From positions 31,942 through 95,074 of the forward strand of contig NW_005201259.1 in assembly GCF_000372725.1 (NCBI RefSeq): a stretch of 63,133 bases of DNA, in the 5' to 3' direction. The position numbers and the translations under genes were made by a program. Within the stretch, counting starts at the first letter, position 1. Every line of letters begins with the position of its first letter. The notes below the pieces were generated by a model. The model worked only from the letters and a program-made list of their open reading frames with translations. It was not told the origin of the DNA and did no database searches. This document shows positions 1-10,970 of this stretch, in pieces. The DNA comes from Emiliania huxleyi CCMP1516. Taxonomy: Eukaryota.

Positions 1-2908
1 TCGCCTCGACGGGCTCTGCTTCGCGTCATACTGCTTCGAGTGCTGGCGGCTCTCGTAGCCGGCGCCCGGCCGGTTGCCGGCGTACTCTCCGTCGTAGTCG
101 TACCGCGTCGCGTAGTCGTCGTCCTCGTCCTCGTCCTCGTCGTACGGGTCGTCGGCCTACGCGCGGGTGTCAGCCTCGGGTCACAGCCTCGGGTCGCCTC
201 GGGCTCTCTCGTCGCAGGCTGGTGCGGGTAAGTGCGGGGGGGGGGGGGGGGGGGTCCGGAAAAACCGACAGGAACCGGGACGGGGGGGGTCCAAAAAAAC
301 AACAAAAACGGGGACCGGTTGGGGCCCTTGGCTTGGGGGGGGGGGGGGGCCCTTCGGAAACCCCCTGGGGGGGTTTCCCTTTCCCCCCCCCCCCCAAAAA
401 AGGGGAAATTTTTGGAAGGCCAGGCCCAAAAAGGCAGAAAAAAAAAACCCCCAGGCCCCTTTTTCGGGGGGGGGGGGGCTCTCCCAAAACCCCCGGGGGG
501 GCTATGCCGGGGGGCGGTGGGGGCGGTGGGGGCGGTGAGGCGGCGCGGGAACCGTGTGCGGGAGGCGGAAGTTGCCGCGAGCGCGTGGCGAGGGAGGGGG
601 CGCGCACCGAGGCCCACAAGGGCGACAGCCACCGCCACCGGGTGGGCGCCGACCTCCGTCAGGACGCTCGCGCCCAAGGCGGACCCGCCCAGCACGCCGC
701 CGCCCGCCGCGCCAAGGCCCAACAAGGTTTCTGGAGGCGGCGGCGACGGCATCGGCGGCGGCGGCGAACGCAGCACCGAGGACTTCGTCGAGGGGCACGA
801 GACGGTGGTGGCGTCGCGCAGGTGCTTGATGTAGTCCTCGAGGCGGCAGCGCGCCGTCTCGGGCTTGGAGAGCACCGCCTGGGTGCGTCAAGGACCGGTT
901 TGTGGGTTGGTTGCTTGCGACACAGCTGTGGTCCGCGTGCCGGGGCTCTCTGCTATGCTATCGGCGCCTGCAACGTCACGCTATCGAACTCGTCCGCGCG
1001 GTCGGGGTGCTCGAGTTTAAAAGATGCCTGCTTGCTGTGCGGGATCGCCACGCCCCCAAGCAGCGAGGCGCCCTCGACTTCGGACTCTGGGATCTCGACT
1101 TGGCACGGCCCGAAATCGACGGTGACGACCGTGCCGCCGACCCACGGCGCGATGGGTATCCGGACCTCGGCGGCAACTTCGTTGTCGCGGTACACCTTCT
1201 CGACCTCGATCTCGCCGTCGAGGAAGGAGCAGGAGGACATCGAGGGTCGCGGGGTGAGCGCCCGCCCGCACGACAGGCCTGTGAACGGCGTCGACAAAAG
1301 GGAAAACTGATTTGTAATACGGGCGAGTGGGATGCGCGTGATAGTCTCTTCGCTCTTCTGGCCGCAGTCGCGAGATCTTGGGCGTGCCGGCTCCGCCTTC
1401 GTGTCCGCTCGACTCCACACACAAATGCTAGCGGTGAACAGACAGGCACGGGCTCTCGCCACTGTGTCGCTGCTGCTGCTGCAGGCCTCTTGCCTGCCGT
1501 GGCTCGACAACGCGACGCCCGGCTGGTTCGAGCCACCTTTGCCGTGGCTGATGAGGGCCGGCGGCGCGTGGGGCGTCGCGGCGGCCTGCTGCTTGCTCTA
1601 CTCGGGCGCGCCACAGTGGCAGAGAACGGGCGTGGACCTGCTGCGAATCGTCGGTGAGCGGCGCAAGCACCGTGGCACACGCACGCACGCACATGCTCGC
1701 CGAGAGCATCGATCGAGAGCAGTCTTCAGCTAGCTCTGCTTTTGTAGCTGCTCGGTATCCGCACAGGCGTCGTCGCATTGGGCTGTATGCTCATTCTCTG
1801 CTTCTCTGCGATCTCCAGCGACGGGCGGTTGGGCAGCCCGCCCTCGTGCTACTCCTCAGCCGCTGCTGGCGGCCTGCCAGACGCTGTGCCTGTGCCTCCG
1901 CTGTGTGGAGCCTTCCCGACCCGCCTCTCGGCGTGGCGCGCCTGCAGCCCCCGCAACTCGCCCTTAACAGTCATGTACTACACCGGCCCTCCCCATGCTG
2001 ATCTGTGTGTCGCGCAAGGTCGTTCGCTCTCCTGCTCGTCAGCCTGGCCGCCCTCCTCTCGCTCTCCCTCTCCTTGGCTTGGCGGGGGGCACCCCTCGCT
2101 GCCGCGCCCCTGCACGGCGGAGCACGGCCCAGCGACTACAGGCGGTCGCAGACGGCCGCGGTAGCCTGCGCCCGAGGAACGCCGCGTTAGCGAGGATCGC
2201 GATGCACGGGTAGGCTCGACGACGACGGAGGCTGGGGGCCCGAGGGTGCGCCGCTCTTCTCCCGCCGCGGGCGCCGCTCGTCCATGCGCTCTTCTCCGGG
2301 CGGCAAGCCGCGAGCCAAGCTGGCGCGCGGGTGGCGCGAGCACGAGGACGCCGACGGCTGCCCCTACTATCGCCACAGAAAGACTGGGCAGGTGCAGTGG
2401 CGGCCGCCGATCGACTGTCACCTAGGCGCGCCGGGCCACTGTTTACCCACACACACGGACTCCCTGCCGACAATTCGCTCAGAGCATTGGGCGTCTCATG
2501 TGTGTGAGCGAGCGTGAGCGGAACGCTGACTTGTGGTGTGTGTGATGCACGATAGGCGCGCTGGAGAGCGGCGCCATCACCGAGATTGCCCCCTCTGAGC
2601 AGGACGGCGGCGGAGGGGCGCGAGTCTCGAGCGGGTCGGATAGTGAGCCCGGATTCTTTTCGTCTTGATGGATGATGGTGTCAGAGATGGTTCGACGAGA
2701 TGGTGTGCGCGCGATGTATTAACTATTATGAATCGTTGACTAACTCCGTTGAGGCTTGAGCGTTGTCTCTCTTCAGCTCATACTCATTATTTTGAGAGAG
2801 TCTTTTTTGAGTGTTTTTAAGTTTTATCGTCTCCGTGCTCCGACTAAACACGTAGGAACATACGGTACTCAAACTCACCGCAGACGCTATTTTTGCGGAT
2901 CACGTCGT

Positions 2909-5524
2909 TCAGACCCCCCCCTTCCGGAAGAGCAGCAGCGGGCGTTTCGCCCCGCCGCGCGCGCCTTGCGCAAACCCAGGACCTCTGGCGCCGTGCGCTC
3001 CGACTGCTGGCGCCGCTGCTGGCGCGGCGGCGGTCGCGGGCGGCACGGCCGCGGCGGCGGAGAGCTCCTCGCATGTGGCGAAGCCGATCTCTCCGAGCAG
3101 CAGCTCGCGAAACTGCGGCGGCTTGATCTGGATGGCGCCGTAGTTCCGCAGCAGGTGCGGCGCGAGGCCGGCGTTCTTGCGGTACGACGACCACGGCTGC
3201 GGCTCGAGGAGGAAGAGGCCGCCCGGCCGGAGGGCGGCGTGCACGCGGCGGAAGAGGCACTTGAGGCCCTCGTCCCCAAAGTGGAGGTGGACCCACTTAG
3301 AGGTGGAGAGGCAGAGGACCGTGTCGAAGGCGCCGCGCAGCTCGCCCTACGAAGAGGGGGCGAGGCGGTGCGTGAAGGCTGCTGTGCACGAGGGCGTGGG
3401 AGGCGAGCTGGGCGGAAAGGCGTGCGGTGAGGTCTGCGAGGTCTGGGAGGTGGTGTGTGTGCGAGGGGGGCTCACCTCGCCCGGTGTGCCTTCCGAAGGC
3501 GGCTCCTGCGCAATGTTGAGGTGCGCGAAGCGGACGCTGCGCGGGTAAGCGGCGCCCGGCTCGAAGGGCGTCGACTCGTCTGTCGCGCTGCCGAAGCGGA
3601 CCACGCAGGAGGGCGGAGAGGCAGCCGCGGCCGGGGCCGGGGCCGCCGCAGGGGCGGGGGACGGGCCGGGGGCGCGACCGAGCAGCATGGCCCGAAAGTC
3701 GTCGTTGGTCAGCATCGGGTCGGCGGTCTTGCTCGCGGCGGGTGCGGCGGTGGGTGCGGCGGCAGGCGGCGGCGCGACGGGGGGCGGCGCGACGCCCCCG
3801 TCGGGGACGAGGAGGGTGCGCGCGCGGCGGACGAGGGCCGCGTCGATGTCGAGCCCGGTCATGGAGCGGACTGCGTAGATGCGCGCGACAGACGCAGTCA
3901 GCAGCCCCGCGTTGCAGCCGATGTCGCAAACGTCGCGCCCCCGGAACCACTCGGCGCGGAAGCTGCCCAGCCGCGCGTCGACGGGCGAGCCGTGCCCAAG
4001 TGAGGCGGGCACCAGCCGGTACGAGTAGTAGTTGTCGTAGTTTCCGTACACAAAGGCAGCCTTTCGCCGCCCCGGCCCGCGGCCCGCCCCGCGGCCCGCC
4101 GCGCCACCCCCACCCAACGCCCGAGCAGCCGCGCCTCGGCCTCGACCCGCCCAGCACCCGACTCGCCCACCCGCCGCAGCGAGTGGCGTCGCGGAGGCAG
4201 TGCCCGCGCCATACTCCGCCGCCGCCTCGGCCGCCGCCTCCGACCCCTCCACCCTCGTCCCGGCCAGTCGAGCCGAAGTAGGCGCCTCCGTCCCCGCAGC
4301 TGCAGCCGCCGCGGCCTCGGCCGCCTCGGCCTGCTTGCGCTTCTGTCGCTGCGCCTTGCGCCGCAGCGTGTCGCGCGAGCCGGTGCCCGTGGCGTCAGCG
4401 GTGATGGCCGGCGCCGCTAGCCCCGACTCCGCTGTCTCGGGTGGCCCGGCGCGCTTCCTCTTTGACCCGCCTCGCTTTTGGCCACTCTTGGCGCCGCTCG
4501 CTTCGACGCCACCCGACGCCCCCTCCTCCCTCTTGCGCTTGTCTGCGCTGCCCGCTCGGCCGCTTGCACTGCGGCTGCATCCGCCGCCCTCTCCGCCGCC
4601 CTCTCCGCCGCCCTCTCCGCCGCCCTCCCCACCGCCGCCACTCTCCGCCTCAGCCACCTCGTGCTTGCGCTTGCGCTTCCGCGACTTGCTGCTGCCTCCC
4701 TCGCTGCCTCCATCGCTGCCCCCCTCGTTGCCTCCCGTGCTGCTTCTGTTGCTGCCGCCCTTGCTGCTTCTTTTGCTGCCTCCCTTGTTGCCGCCCTTGC
4801 TGCTCCCCTTGCTGCTCCCTTTCCCGCCAACCTCTCCTGCGCGCTGCTCTAGCGAGGCAAACGCGTCTCGCCCGCCGCTGCGCCGGGCGTCCTGCGGCCT
4901 CTCCTGTCGCCCGCCCGATTCCAGCACAGGCACGCGCCTGCCGTGGTAGGGGTCCACTTCAAAGGCGGCGCGAGCCGTCACCGCCGCCGCCATGACGGGC
5001 GCTGCAGCCGCCGTAGAGGACGCCGTGGCGGCGGCGAAGCCATCCGAGGAGCCAGCCTCGCGTGGCGTGGCGGCGCTGCAGCCCTCCTTGGCGGCTCCCT
5101 TGGCCTCGCGCCGCGCGCGGCGCTTCACGTCGCGCCGCGCCGCATGCCCCGATCGCTCGAGCGAGCCGTCGGCAGCCATGCGGTAGACTTTGCCGACTGC
5201 AAAGCCGGCCGCGTGCAGCTGTGCGGGTGAGGCTGCCGGCGGAGGTCCCTTGCGACGCAAGCGCTTGGGCGCGCGGCTGCTTCCACTCGCTCCGTCGACC
5301 TCGGGCGGCACAGGGTCAAAGCTGTCCCACTCTCTCGCGGCTGCCGCTGCGGCGGCGGCCGCCGGAGGCGCGCCCTCCGCCTCGCCAGCCTGGCGCGAGC
5401 CCCAGGTGTGGCCAGCGCCGCTCTTCGCAGCGGATCGGCGCTGGTTGGCGCGCAGGTGAGCGTGGACAGCGGCGGAGAGGTCTGCGCATGGCTCGCGCCG
5501 GAGATGACCGCAGGAATCCAGCAT
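2909..5524 (-). CDS. Bin3/MePCE-like 7SK snRNA methylphosphate capping methyltransferase (spliced; intron ~3347-3475)
   Basis: Motifs FVYGNYDNYYSYR, DARL and DIGCNAG in ORF 3347..5524. After a GT-AG intron the frame gives FDTVLCLSTSKWVHLHFGDEGL...LRPGGLFLLEPQPWSSY...RPLLLFRK, typical of the Bin3 domain. The long N-terminus is low-complexity and the start is uncertain. Confidence 0.88.
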
Positions 5525-5640
5525 TCTTTTTCTACTTGTTATTGAGAAGAAAATACCGGCTCCGCTGGTTCACATAAACGCACAACCCCGGGCCCGAAAT
5601 CGCACAGAAACAGTCACGCAACACAGGGTCCCAGGGAAGG

Positions 5641-6815
5641 CAACAGGAGAATCGTGCTTTTTCAGTGTATGTTTTTGGGTTGGGTTGTTGCGTTTGGGTT
5701 GGGTTGTTCCGCGTAAGGTTGGGTCGTCGGCGCGAAGGGTGAGGTCTCGACCGCCGCCGCTCACGCCAGCGGACGGCCACCATCGGTGATTTTGGCTTCG
5801 CCACCGTTCAAAGCGTGCGCAATGCGCTCGCCGGCATCGAGCGAGCACGCCTGTCCGACGAGTGGCTTGCTGTGTGGACGCCTTCTTGTGGCTCTCGTCG
5901 AGAGCGTTTTGCGTCCCGGCGGGTGGGAGAGCATGTCGTCTGATGTGTCACTGTGTGCGTCACATCGGTCTTGATAACAAGCACGGTCGATCCGTCGAAG
6001 CGATACACTCGTTCCTATCACGCTGGAAGGCTTGCACGGAGCTCTGTGCCGGCACACAGAAGAGCCGTGCGGCAAGAGAAGAGCTCGATGGGGAGCGAGA
6101 ACCGCCAGAGGTGCTCACCCAGGTTTCGGAAGTCCGCCTTGATGCGGTCAGTTCCCCCCAGGTTTGACCGCGCAGCTCGCAAGACTCGTCGAGCACTCGC
6201 AGCCTTTCTGCGCCACTGCGCCTCTCTGACTCTGCAAGCTATGCGGGAAGAGCAGTTTATCCGCAATATATCGACGAGTTCGAGAGAGCCACAGGCTTTC
6301 GCTCGGGAGGGATTGAGTGCATCGCGACAGACTTCAGGTTACACCTGAAAATCTGACGGTTCTCGCTCCCCATCGAGCTCTTCTCTTGCCGCACGGCTCT
6401 TCTGTGTGCCGGCACAGAGCTCCGTGCAAGCCTTCCAGCGTGATAGGAACGAGTGTATCGCTTTGACGGATCGACCGTGCTTGTTATCAAGACCGATGTG
6501 ACGCACACAGTGACACATCAGACGACACATGCTCTCCCACCCGCCGGGACGCAAAACGCTCTCGGCGAGAGCCACAAGAAGGCGTCCACACAGCAAGCCA
6601 CTCGTCGGACAGGCGTGCTCGCTCGATGCCGGCGAGCGCATTGCGCACGCTTTGAACGGTGGCGAAGCCAAAAACACCGATGGTGGCCGTCCGCTGGCGT
6701 GAGCGGCGGCGGTCGAGGCCTCACCCTTCGCGGCGACGACCCAACCTCACGCGGAACAACCCAACCCAACCAACCCAACCCAAACAACCCCACTGAAAGC
6801 ACGATTCTCCTGTTG
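5641..6815. mobile_element. Foldback/long-TIR non-autonomous element (~460-bp arms, ~250-bp spacer)
   Basis: 5641-6103 (caacaggagaatcgtgc...gagcgagaaccg) is the near-exact reverse complement of 6357-6815. No convincing ORF and no clear TSD. Confidence 0.7.
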
Positions 6816-7174
6816 GGCCCTCAGCCTGTTCACAGCCTTGTTCCGTGCGAGCCCTGGAGGCCCTGCCTGGGGATGGGGGGAGACTACCCGCGGGCCTAGA
6901 AGGCCCGCGCTTCACAGCTGTCTGCCCTGCTCCTTTAGGTGCTCTTAGTATGTTCAGATTGTCGAGTTGTACCCCTCTCTCTGTACCCCGTCCAGAGTGC
7001 AGAGAGAGCTTTGTTTGGCCTTTGCTAGCAGATTGCTACATCATGGGTTTTTGTCTTCTCTCTGGCACTCTCGCTCCTCTAGTCGGTGCGACGCCACCGA
7101 CATACCCCTTCTCACCGAAGGGGCAACCAGTTTGTGCCATCCCGTGTGCAGAAGCGGGGGAGAAATCAGCACAC

Positions 7175-8477
7175 CTGAGCCCTGGGCCTGGCCTCGACAG
7201 ACACCTCGACACCGAACCTCGACACCGACTCGACACCTCGACACCCCATGCCAACTCGACAAACTCGACACCCCTCGACACCCCTCGACACCACGACACC
7301 CCTCGACACCATCTAGGCTGGGACCATGCTCGCCGGTGTCAAGGTGCCAAACTCGACACCTCGACACCGCTCGACACCGCTCGACACCGCTCGACACCGC
7401 TCGACACCGCTCGACACCGCTCGACACCGCTCGACACCGCTCGACACCGCTCGACACCTCTGATGATCCTAACACAGCAGAGACGTAGACCCATTGGAGT
7501 CACAGAGTTAGAAAATCAGGGTTGCAGCAGCAATCAAACTTGGCTGGCAGTGCTTTCATCCCTCAGTTGCAGCCTCTTAAGTTCTAGCTCAAGTTGCAGC
7601 TCAGTTGCACCCCTGCAATGACCAATGTAGCAACCATGGCAGTACTCAGGTAGCCCTCAGGTGCTGCGCAGCACCTTGTACAGTGACAATGATCCTCACA
7701 CCAGTGAGCTTGTGCCATGAGTGCAGACCTGTGGTCCATTGCGCTTTGTGCACTGGCGACGCTGCAACGGCGACGCTGGCAGCGGCGGCGACGCTGCTGC
7801 GATGGGGTACTGTAGCCCTTAGCTGCTGGACAGCACCTTGTGCAGTGGCAATATCCACTGACTCATGGCACCAGCCTGTGCCATGAGCGCTGTGGTCAGT
7901 TGCGCTTTGACCTTTGTGCGCCGGCGACGCTGCAGCGGCGACCGACGACGCTGCAGCGGCGACGCTGCTGCATGTGGGGTGTGCTGTAGCCTTAGGTGCT
8001 GCGCCTGTACAGCACCTTGTGCAGTGGCAATGACTCCTGGCGCTAGTGAGCTTGATGTCCTCAAATGTCCACAGAGTATACTGGTTGTGCTCACAGGTTG
8101 TGCTACGGTACATCAACAGGGGTGCAACTTTGAAAGGCTGCAACTAAGGGACGAAACAGCTTTGCAGCTGCGGCCCAAGTTTTGTTATGGGCTGCAACTG
8201 CATCCTGCCACCTTGGATACCTCGACACCTTAGACGCTAAACACCTTGACAACACTCGACACCCGCTCGACCCGCTCGACCCGCTCGACACCCTCGACAC
8301 CACTCCTCGACACCTCGACACGGACAAGCATGGTCCCAGCCTAGACAGGCCTCGATGGGCCTCGACACAGGCCTCGACAGGCCTCGACAGGCCTCGACAG
8401 GCCTCGACACCTCTATCCCTCGACAGCAGCACGACACCCTCGACACCGAGCCTCGACACCTCGACACCAGGGCTCAG
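7175..8477. mobile_element. hAT-like non-autonomous element with ctcgacac subterminal repeats
   Basis: TIRs ctgagccctgg / ccagggctcag. 8-bp flanks cagcacac (7167-7174) and cggcacac (8478-8485) differ at one base. Internal inverted pair tctaggctgggaccatgct (7312-7330 / 8327-8345). Confidence 0.65.
7361..7458 (+). repeat. 10-bp tandem repeat (tcgacaccgc)n
   Basis: About 9-10 direct copies are visible. Confidence 0.95.
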
Positions 8478-8768
8478 CGGCACACTTTTGCGCCGCCCCC
8501 CGCAAAAAACGGCGCAGATCTTCGCCGGCGGCGCACTTTTCGGCGCAGATCTGCGCCGCCGCCGGCGCGCAGAAGTGCCCGTTTTCTCCCCCGTTTCGGC
8601 ACACTCTGCGCCGCCTCACCACATAGGGGTTGGCACACCACATACTGGTTGCCCCGTTGCCCCTTCCTACCCTTATAAGTCTCTCGTGTCCGCCATTCCG
8701 GTTTCCGCGTTTTATGAATGTAGAACGTCCCAGCTGAAAACCTCCTAGGAGTCCTAGTCACCTCCGAC

Positions 8769-9845
8769 CTAGCCCAAAAAGGAACCGTTCAGGAACTGGC
8801 TCGCCAACATGAGAGGATACAACGCGCCGTCCGCATCGTAGAGCTCCACATTGTAGATGACAACGACCGCAGCGAACGTGAGCGACCACACGAGCGGGAC
8901 CAGTCGTTGCAGCGAATTCCACTGGCCCATCGGCGTGAACGGGTACTCGTAAAGGAGCATGCTCACAAGGCCCATCGCCGGCACGGCCCACAGCAATCTG
9001 ACGGTCAACGCGCTCTTCATCACGATAATCATGACCAGCTCACTCAAGCTCAAAAGCAAGCCGACTCGCTTGACGAGCTTCTTGCACGCGGCGTCCGCGG
9101 CCTTACCGACGTACATCACCGAAGACCCCGCCAGGCTCGCGTCAGTCCATTTGTAGGTTTCTACGAGCTGGAGCGCCGTCTCGTCGAGGTTCATAATGAA
9201 TTTCCCGACCAGGGCTGTCGTGGCGAGCGAGTAAAAGTTGAAGTCGGTGTTGAGCGCAACCTTTGCTGCCGTGGCAAATATGAGCATGGGGAAGATCATT
9301 CCGACCAGTACCACGAACGCCGCCTCTCCCGCAACAATCACCCAAATGCCTGGGACCCACGATCCCGCCTTCTTCAGCTTCGGGCGGGCTCTCAGCAGAC
9401 TGCGTAGCAGCAGGAAGGTGTGCGCCGCCTCGCTGAAGGCCGTCATGCCCAAGAGGCTCGCGAGCTGAAGGAAGGGGAAGAGGAGGAGGACCACGACGAG
9501 GCAAATGTGGGAGAGGACGTCCAGCTTGCCAGAGTGGGCGTCAAACGTGCTGCCCCAAGAGAAGTCGGTCGAGTTGCCCTGCACGAGCGACACAAAGTAG
9601 GTGTTGATCGATCCCAACGTGAGGCAGAATTGGATCGTGTGCGTGAGGACGAGCAGCGTCCATGCCAGCAGGGCGTCCCTGCCCTTGAGCGTGCCTTGCA
9701 GGGTCGCAATCATCGCCGTCGAGGCGAGACCGTTGGGCTTGAAGGTGATGAGGTCTGAGGTATCCGCATCGGCGGGCATAGACCGCTTTGGTGCCAGCGT
9801 GCACGGAGTCGTGGGGAGCGTCCACTGTAGCGTGCATGCTCGCAT
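8769..9845 (-). CDS. Hypothetical multi-pass membrane protein
   Basis: Uninterrupted 358-aa ORF with several hydrophobic segments; family not recognised. Confidence 0.65.
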   Translation of the reverse strand: MRACTLQWTLPTTPCTLAPKRSMPADADTSDLITFKPNGLASTAMIATLQGTLKGRDALLAWTLLVLTHTIQFCLTLGSINTYFVSLVQGNSTDFSWGSTFDAHSGKLDVLSHICLVVVLLLFPFLQLASLLGMTAFSEAAHTFLLLRSLLRARPKLKKAGSWVPGIWVIVAGEAAFVVLVGMIFPMLIFATAAKVALNTDFNFYSLATTALVGKFIMNLDETALQLVETYKWTDASLAGSSVMYVGKAADAACKKLVKRVGLLLSLSELVMIIVMKSALTVRLLWAVPAMGLVSMLLYEYPFTPMGQWNSLQRLVPLVWSLTFAAVVVIYNVELYDADGALYPLMLASQFLNGSFLG

Positions 9846-10704
9846 CCCTCGGCGGGTGTGTGAAGCACAAGACTTGCGCGGCCGGGGAGTGGACGAAGGC
9901 TCAAGGCGATGCTAAGACGGACAGCAAGCAGTCGCTTTCGCCGCAGCGCCGCCCGCCCGTCGTTGGCGGCCCAGGTTGTTACAATTGTACGGATTTGCGC
10001 AGGTAGATGATGACTAGGCAGACGCGCGAGGCGCGTCCATTTCTTTCAAATTAAATAAATCAGCCGGATTTCTCTTCGATGCGGGCGCAGGAGCTCGCGA
10101 TGACGAACGGCGACGGCTATCGGGTGGTGGAGACGCGCCCGTGGGTGAACCCGCTGGCGCGTGGTGCGGGACCCAACCCGCTGGCGCGTGGTGCGGGACC
10201 CAACTTTCCGGCGCGTGGTGAGGGACCCGACGCCGACCAGGAGGACTTTGCGCTCCGAGAGTGGCTCCGGTGCTCCTTCGAAATGTGCATGAGCGATCGC
10301 GACCGCGAGGTGGTGGGGGAGGCGGCGCGGGACCGGGAGCGGATCCGCCCGGTGGATGGAGGAGGCGGGGAAGATGCTGGAATGGGACTGGGGGAGTGAG
10401 CGGCTCGCGGTTGCCGAGTCGTGCCTGCCATCCCGTGTCGCGGAAGCGAGGCGGCTAGTGGCACAGGAGCTCTGGGTGGTGGGGTGGGACCGTGGGAGTG
10501 TGTGGGTGCCCGCGCCGCCTAGCTCTGCGGACGGGCCCCTCCACCGCCCTCACGTACAGGTCATGTAGTCCCCACAATCGCTGTCGTGGGATCGCTTGTC
10601 ATGTGAGAGAGTGCGTTGTGTTCTTAAGTGAAAATTCTTGGCTAATTTCTCGCTTTCTCTCTTTGAGGGAGTTTTGTTGTAAGATTCTCTCTTTGTGAAA
10701 CATT

Positions 10705-10970
10705 TCCGCCGATAACGATTGGGGTGGGGGCCCCAACTCGTGAAAGGCCACTAGTTTCTCGAAGCCACTCACACGAGGACTCACCTCCATGACACTTCCA
10801 TCTTCTCCCCGGACCTCGCAGCTCGCTGCGTGTGGTTTTATTTATCATGGACGCTATGGCGTCTAGGACGCGCCTGTCTTTCACCGCCTCGTTTAGCGAG
10901 CGCTCTGCATGGCAGCGTGCTCCTCTTTTGCTGACCGCCAGAGCGGCGGCAGCACAGATTTCTTTTCTCC
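10705..10970 (+). repeat. Split direct repeat A1 (266 bp)
   Basis: tccgccgataacg...gatttcttttctcc, repeated at 13167-13432. Ends immediately before the YR ATG at 10971. Confidence 0.95.

Noticed and set aside
230..530. Homopolymer-rich stretch with apparent ORFs
   Set aside because: Looks like low-quality read-end sequence; the ORFs are not credible.
953..1510. Minus-strand ORF with globular-looking segment, possibly spliced to acidic exons near the window start
   Set aside because: No recognisable domain, and adjacent sequence quality is poor.
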